This document shows, piece by piece, positions 24,854-29,068 of a DNA stretch of 32,000 bases (positions within the stretch are counted from its first letter, which is position 1; every line of letters starts with the position of its first letter). Source of the DNA: Candidatus Iainarchaeum sp. (lineage in GTDB: Archaea > Iainarchaeota > Iainarchaeia > Iainarchaeales > CSSED10-239). The stretch spans positions 1 to 32,000 of the forward strand of contig JAQVRT010000001.1 of assembly GCA_028700905.1 (NCBI GenBank), read 5' to 3'. A program made the translations under genes and the position numbers. The notes beneath the pieces are model-generated. The model had not been told where the DNA came from and ran no database searches. It worked only from the letters and a program-made list of their open reading frames with translations.

Positions 24854-25522
24854 ATGACATCAAAAGAAATAAATATTATTTGCGATACTAGAGAAAAAGC
24901 TTCTTCTGTTTTATCTGAGCTTTCTTCTCTTTCAGATAATGATATAAAAGTTAATGTTATTTTAGAACAATTATCTGTTGGAGATTATCAAATTTCTGAT
25001 GATATTGTAATTGAGAGAAAAACCTTATCTGATCTTGAAACTTCAATTATTGATGGTAGAATATTTTCTCAATTGCAAGATCTTTCTCTTGTTAAAAGAT
25101 CTGCTTTAATTATTGAAGGAGACCCTTTTTTATTGTATAATAGTAGAAGAATAAATGGTAAAGCGCTAATTGGTTTAATTACTTCTGTTGGACTTAATTA
25201 TAGAATTCCTTTATTTTTTACAAAAAATCAAAAACAAACTGCTTTATTTTTGTATACCATGGCAAAAAAAGAACAACTTAAAAATGGAACTTCTGAATCT
25301 AAACTAAGGTATCAAAAAAATAAAATGTCAGGTACTCAATTCCAATTATTTATAATGCAGTCTTTTCCAGATGTAGGACCTACTCTTGCAAAATCTATTT
25401 TAAAAGAATTTAAATCTATTAAAAATATTTCAAATGCAAGTATTGAAGATTTATTAAAAGTTCCAAAACTTGGACCTAAAAAAGCTCAAAAAATAAAATA
25501 TCTTTTTGAAAGAGAATATTAG
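24854..25522 (+). CDS. xpf: XPF/ERCC4-type structure-specific nuclease with C-terminal HhH2 (nuclease portion of Hef)
   Basis: ERCC4 signature VGDYQISDDIVIERKTLSDL. The C-terminal helix-hairpin-helix reads FPDVGPTLAKSIL...LLKVPKLGPKKAQKI. Confidence 0.85.
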   Translation: MTSKEINIICDTREKASSVLSELSSLSDNDIKVNVILEQLSVGDYQISDDIVIERKTLSDLETSIIDGRIFSQLQDLSLVKRSALIIEGDPFLLYNSRRINGKALIGLITSVGLNYRIPLFFTKNQKQTALFLYTMAKKEQLKNGTSESKLRYQKNKMSGTQFQLFIMQSFPDVGPTLAKSILKEFKSIKNISNASIEDLLKVPKLGPKKAQKIKYLFEREY

Positions 25523-25541
25523 TTATATTTAAATATATTTT

Positions 25542-25559
25542 TAAACATAATTATGTTTA
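25542..25559. promoter_or_regulatory. Perfect 18-bp palindrome upstream of the antitoxin gene (candidate operator overlapping the promoter)
   Basis: taaacataa|ttatgttta, ending 31 nt before ATG 25590. Part of it also resembles the local promoter consensus (ATAAACAT). Confidence 0.35.
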
Positions 25560-25589
25560 TATACGTTATTATGTGTAGGTGGTTTTTTT

Positions 25590-25829
25590 ATGGTGAGTGT
25601 TACTTTAGCTGTTTCAAAAGAAATAAAAGAAAAGATGAATAAATATAATGAAATTAATTGGTCTGAGTTTATTAGACAAAAATTAATTTCAAAAATTAAT
25701 GAACTTGATAAAATAGAATATATTTTAAAAGATGAAAAAAAAATAACTGAATGGTCTTTAGATATTCAAAAAAAATCAAGAACTTCTTCAAATAGATTTG
25801 ATTCTCTTAAAAAGATGGGGTTGATTTAA
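25590..25829 (+). CDS. vapB: VapB-like antitoxin (small DNA-binding protein)
   Basis: 79 aa. The N-terminal VTLAVSKEIKEKMNKY..INWSEFIRQKL pattern is seen in archaeal PIN-associated antitoxins. The stop lies 1 nt before the PIN gene. Confidence 0.55.
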   Translation: MVSVTLAVSKEIKEKMNKYNEINWSEFIRQKLISKINELDKIEYILKDEKKITEWSLDIQKKSRTSSNRFDSLKKMGLI

Positions 25830-25830
25830 T

Positions 25831-26256
25831 TTGGATGTAGTTGTTGATTCTAATATTTTATTTTCTTATTTTTGGAAAAATTCAATAACTAAAAAAATAA
25901 TTGATTTAGATATTTTCAATCTTTATTCTCCTGATTTTGCATTAACTGAAATTAATAAATATAAATCTGATATTATTAAAAAAACAAAAATTTCTTCTTC
26001 TGAGTTTAATTTAGTTTTAGATGAACTAAAATCAAAAATAAAGTTTGTGTCTGTTTTAAAATATTCTTCTGAGTTTAAAAAAATTGATTTAAATAAAAAG
26101 CCTGATGTTAATGATGTAGATTTTTTTGCTTGTTCATTATATTTAAATGCTGTAATTTGGTCTAATGATGTTATTTTAAAGAATCAATCTTTATGTGTTG
26201 TTTTTAATACAAAAGATATTTTAGAAATTATTAAAAAAATAAGTTATGTTTTTTAA
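25831..26256 (+). CDS. vapC: PIN-domain toxin (VapC-like ribonuclease)
   Basis: Acidic tetrad candidates VVDSN, ALTEI, DVNDVDFFA and WSNDV. It starts at TTG, and no in-frame ATG would retain the first Asp. Confidence 0.7.
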   Translation: MDVVVDSNILFSYFWKNSITKKIIDLDIFNLYSPDFALTEINKYKSDIIKKTKISSSEFNLVLDELKSKIKFVSVLKYSSEFKKIDLNKKPDVNDVDFFACSLYLNAVIWSNDVILKNQSLCVVFNTKDILEIIKKISYVF

Positions 26257-26768
26257 AATAAAGAAAGTGCTATTTTTTCAATTATTTCTTTTTCAATATT
26301 CTTTTTATTTTTAATATTATAATAGTTTATTATTTCTTTTATTTTAGGAGAGTATTTTTTAGTAATTTTTTTAACATCTAATTTTTTTAAAACATCTTTA
26401 TTTATTTTTTTCTCTTGACTTAAGATATTTAAAAAATAATTGTTTTTTCCTTCTTTAATATACCAATCTTTAGAAATTCCTTTAATTTGATTTGTATTTG
26501 AAAGAATCATTAAAGTTTCTGTAAAGAGGTTCTTTGAAATATTGATGTTTTCTATACATCTTAATTTTCCATTAAAAATAGCCCAATTAATGTGGTTTTC
26601 ATTGTAAATTAGGGGTTCTGGAACCAAAATAATGGATATTTTCCCTTTTTGCTCTTTTTCTATGTTTTCAATTCTTTTTAAATATTTTTCTATATTATTA
26701 ATATCTATAGAGCAATATATATTTTCTATATAATAGCTTTTTTTAAAAATACTAAATGAGTTTTTCAT
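26253..26768 (-). CDS. cgi121: KEOPS subunit Cgi121, tentative
   Basis: FTETLMILSNTNQIKGI and the C-terminal IIEKIALSLF resemble my recollection of Methanocaldococcus Cgi121 (EILVRASGQRQIHEAI and VLEKIALIEL). Confidence 0.5.
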   Translation of the reverse strand: MKNSFSIFKKSYYIENIYCSIDINNIEKYLKRIENIEKEQKGKISIILVPEPLIYNENHINWAIFNGKLRCIENINISKNLFTETLMILSNTNQIKGISKDWYIKEGKNNYFLNILSQEKKINKDVLKKLDVKKITKKYSPKIKEIINYYNIKNKKNIEKEIIEKIALSLF

Positions 26769-26834
26769 ATTAATATATTGAATAATTTAGTTTAAAAACA
26801 TAATTATATTTTAAATCAAGGAGTTGAATACAAA

Positions 26835-27230
26835 ATGGTTGAATGGATTAAAAAATCAAAAAGAAAAAAAACAGGTGGAATAGATAACTCTGTTAATTTT
26901 AAAACAAAAGCTTTATCTGATAGAGGTGGATCTTTTGTAAAAACTGTTGTTGATGATTCTGAAAAGAAATTTAAAGAAAGAACAAGAGGCGGAAATGAAA
27001 AATTAAAAATTTCAAAAGCATCTACTGTTTTAGTTTCAGATAATGGTAAATCTTTTAAAGCAAAAGTTTTAAATGTTGTAGAAAATCATGCAAATAAACA
27101 ATTTGTAAGACAAAAAGTAATTACAAAAGGTTCAATTGTTGTAATTGAAAAAGATGGTAAAGAACATAAAGCAAAAGTTACTTCAAGACCAGGACAAACA
27201 GGTCAAGTTACTGCTGTTTTAGTAAAATAG
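26835..27230 (+). CDS. rps8e: Ribosomal protein S8e (eS8)
   Basis: KSKRKKTGG N-terminus, RTRGGNEKLK, ENHANKQFVRQKVITKGS and VTSRPGQTGQVTAVLV. AAGGAG lies upstream. Confidence 0.9.
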   Translation: MVEWIKKSKRKKTGGIDNSVNFKTKALSDRGGSFVKTVVDDSEKKFKERTRGGNEKLKISKASTVLVSDNGKSFKAKVLNVVENHANKQFVRQKVITKGSIVVIEKDGKEHKAKVTSRPGQTGQVTAVLVK

Positions 27231-27240
27231 ATTTTAAGAT

Positions 27241-27783
27241 ATGTTAACTTTTTTTAAAAAAATTAAAAGAGATTTAAAGACTAAAAAAAAATTAAAAGAA
27301 TCTCTTTATTTTTTATTATTTTTTATAATTTCTTTTTCTCTTATTTATCTTTTATTATCAAAGACATTAATTTATAATTTCATAAATTATTTTTATGGTT
27401 CTCTTTCAAGCACTCTTTTAAATATTTTTTATAATATTCCTTCTACTTTTTATTATGATTTTATAGAACAGGTAACTTTTCTAATAATTCCAAGTATAGA
27501 GTATCCTGTTGCAATTGTTTTCTTGTGCACAGGTATTTTAGAGTTTTCTTTAATTATAAGTGCTATTGTTTCAACAATTGGTTTTTCTTTAAGAAAGAAA
27601 ATAAAATGGGTGTTATTTTCTTCTTTCCTTGTAATTATTTTTAATCTTTTAAGAATAACTTTTACAATATTTATAATTGATTATTTTAATTTAGAAATAG
27701 CTAACTTTTTCCATGGTTTTTTATTTAGATTATTTTTAGTATTTATTGTTATTGGTACTTATTATTTTTTCTTAAAATCTTAA
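27241..27783 (+). CDS. Archaeosortase/exosortase-family transpeptidase (short form)
   Basis: Polytopic 180-aa protein with the ordered Cys/Arg/His signature of the family: VAIVFLCTGILEF, IIFNLLRITF and NFFHGFLFRLF. Confidence 0.6.
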   Translation: MLTFFKKIKRDLKTKKKLKESLYFLLFFIISFSLIYLLLSKTLIYNFINYFYGSLSSTLLNIFYNIPSTFYYDFIEQVTFLIIPSIEYPVAIVFLCTGILEFSLIISAIVSTIGFSLRKKIKWVLFSSFLVIIFNLLRITFTIFIIDYFNLEIANFFHGFLFRLFLVFIVIGTYYFFLKS

Positions 27784-27787
27784 ATTT

Positions 27788-28099
27788 TTATTTTTTAGGA
27801 CCTTTCTTAATCTTTGGTTTTTTCTTTTTACAATTTTCATTAATAATATTAATCTCTTTTGTTAATTTATCATTCTTTTTTTGAAGACTTGAGATTTCAC
27901 AAAGAATAATTTCTGCAAATTCTTTATTTCCTTTATTTGATCTTATCATGTCTTTACAGTATTCTATATTAATGTTATTAAGTTCAATTTTTTCAGAATT
28001 AGAAATTGTACCTACTCTGTTTTTTTCTTGTAATTTATTTTTTCTTTTTGCAATTGGAGATGATGAATGGTTCCATTTTTTATTTATTTCAGTTGTCAT
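27788..28099 (-). CDS. Hypothetical basic protein
   Basis: 103-aa Lys/Asn-rich ORF with three Cys. Its ATG overlaps the upstream gene's stop (ATGA), indicating translational coupling with 28096..28488. Confidence 0.45.
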   Translation of the reverse strand: MTTEINKKWNHSSSPIAKRKNKLQEKNRVGTISNSEKIELNNINIEYCKDMIRSNKGNKEFAEIILCEISSLQKKNDKLTKEINIINENCKKKKPKIKKGPKK

Positions 28100-28488
28100 T
28101 TCTGCATCTCTTCTTTAATAAGTTTTTTCACTTGTTCAATAGTTGTATATTCTAAAGGATTAATATTATCAATTACATATTTCATTTCTTTTAAATCTTC
28201 AGCTCTTGCATATCTTTTTGAAAACATTTCAAGACTTGATTCAATCCCTTTCATTCTGTTTTCAATATCTTTCATTTTTTTAAAAATTTCTTCAATTTTT
28301 TCATTAGATGCAAAAGATCCTTGTGAATCAGAAGTATTGGCTGAAGCAATCTTTTTATTTAAAACAAGGATGTTTCTTCCAAGTATTTTTTCATTATGCA
28401 CAAGATATTTTATTTTTTGTCTTAAAACAAGAAGACTTGATTGTAAGGCTTTAATATCTTGATACACATTTTGTGATTGATCAACCAT
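28096..28488 (-). CDS. Hypothetical coiled-coil protein
   Basis: 130 aa with heptad-like helices on either side of a Ser/Gly-rich linker (ASANTSDSQGSFAS). No family recognised. Confidence 0.5.
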   Translation of the reverse strand: MVDQSQNVYQDIKALQSSLLVLRQKIKYLVHNEKILGRNILVLNKKIASANTSDSQGSFASNEKIEEIFKKMKDIENRMKGIESSLEMFSKRYARAEDLKEMKYVIDNINPLEYTTIEQVKKLIKEEMQK

Positions 28489-28628
28489 GATTAGTTCTTC
28501 TCTTTATTGTTAAATTTTCTATATTTATATAGTAATAGATAATATTTAAAGATGTTTGTTTTATTTTTAAACATTTCTTTTTCTAAATTAACTCATAATA
28601 ATTTAGTTCAGTTATTAAATTAAATACC

Positions 28629-28636
28629 TTTATAAA
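28629..28636 (+). promoter_or_regulatory. TATA box for the Tyr-rich protein / large surface protein transcription unit
   Basis: accTTTATAAActa. The predicted TSS is near 28659. GAGGTG at 28668-28673 precedes ATG 28684. Confidence 0.5.
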
Positions 28637-28683
28637 CTATTTGTCTCATAAATATATAAAAATAAATGAGGTGTTATAAAGAT

Positions 28684-29040
28684 ATGAATAAAAAAATATT
28701 AAATATTTTCGGAGTACTTTCTGTTTTAGTTTTTTTAGTATTTGTTTCTTTAAACTTAAGTGCAGAGAGATTTGATGTTACTGATATTTCTTACTCTTAT
28801 GTAAGTTATAATTATCCATATTACCCTAATGCTCAATACTATAATAATTACTACAATTATTATGACACTTATACTCCTACAGGTTATGTAAATTCATATA
28901 CTGGTTATATTAATTATCCAGTTTATTCAACTTATGTTCCAACTTATTATAACACTTCATATGTTACATATCCTTCATACTATTATAATACAATCAGTTA
29001 TGGAAGTCCAGAAGCATATGTTTCTTTTAGTTGGCAATAG
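28684..29040 (+). CDS. Secreted, extremely Tyr-rich low-complexity protein
   Basis: Signal peptide MNKKILNIFGVLSVLVFLVFVSLNLSA. The mature region of about 90 aa has 28 Tyr by manual count and a Y/N/T/S/P composition. The SD spacing favours ATG 28684 over the track start at 28666. Confidence 0.6.
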   Translation: MNKKILNIFGVLSVLVFLVFVSLNLSAERFDVTDISYSYVSYNYPYYPNAQYYNNYYNYYDTYTPTGYVNSYTGYINYPVYSTYVPTYYNTSYVTYPSYYYNTISYGSPEAYVSFSWQ

Positions 29041-29068
29041 ATAAAAAAGAGGATTTAAAGGTTTTATT

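Noticed and set aside
28067-28462. 131-aa plus-strand ORF in the track
   Set aside because: It lies entirely antisense to the two coupled minus-strand genes 27788..28488. Its product is low-complexity and Phe/Ser/Ile-rich, as expected from reading AT-rich coding DNA backwards. There is no SD or promoter.
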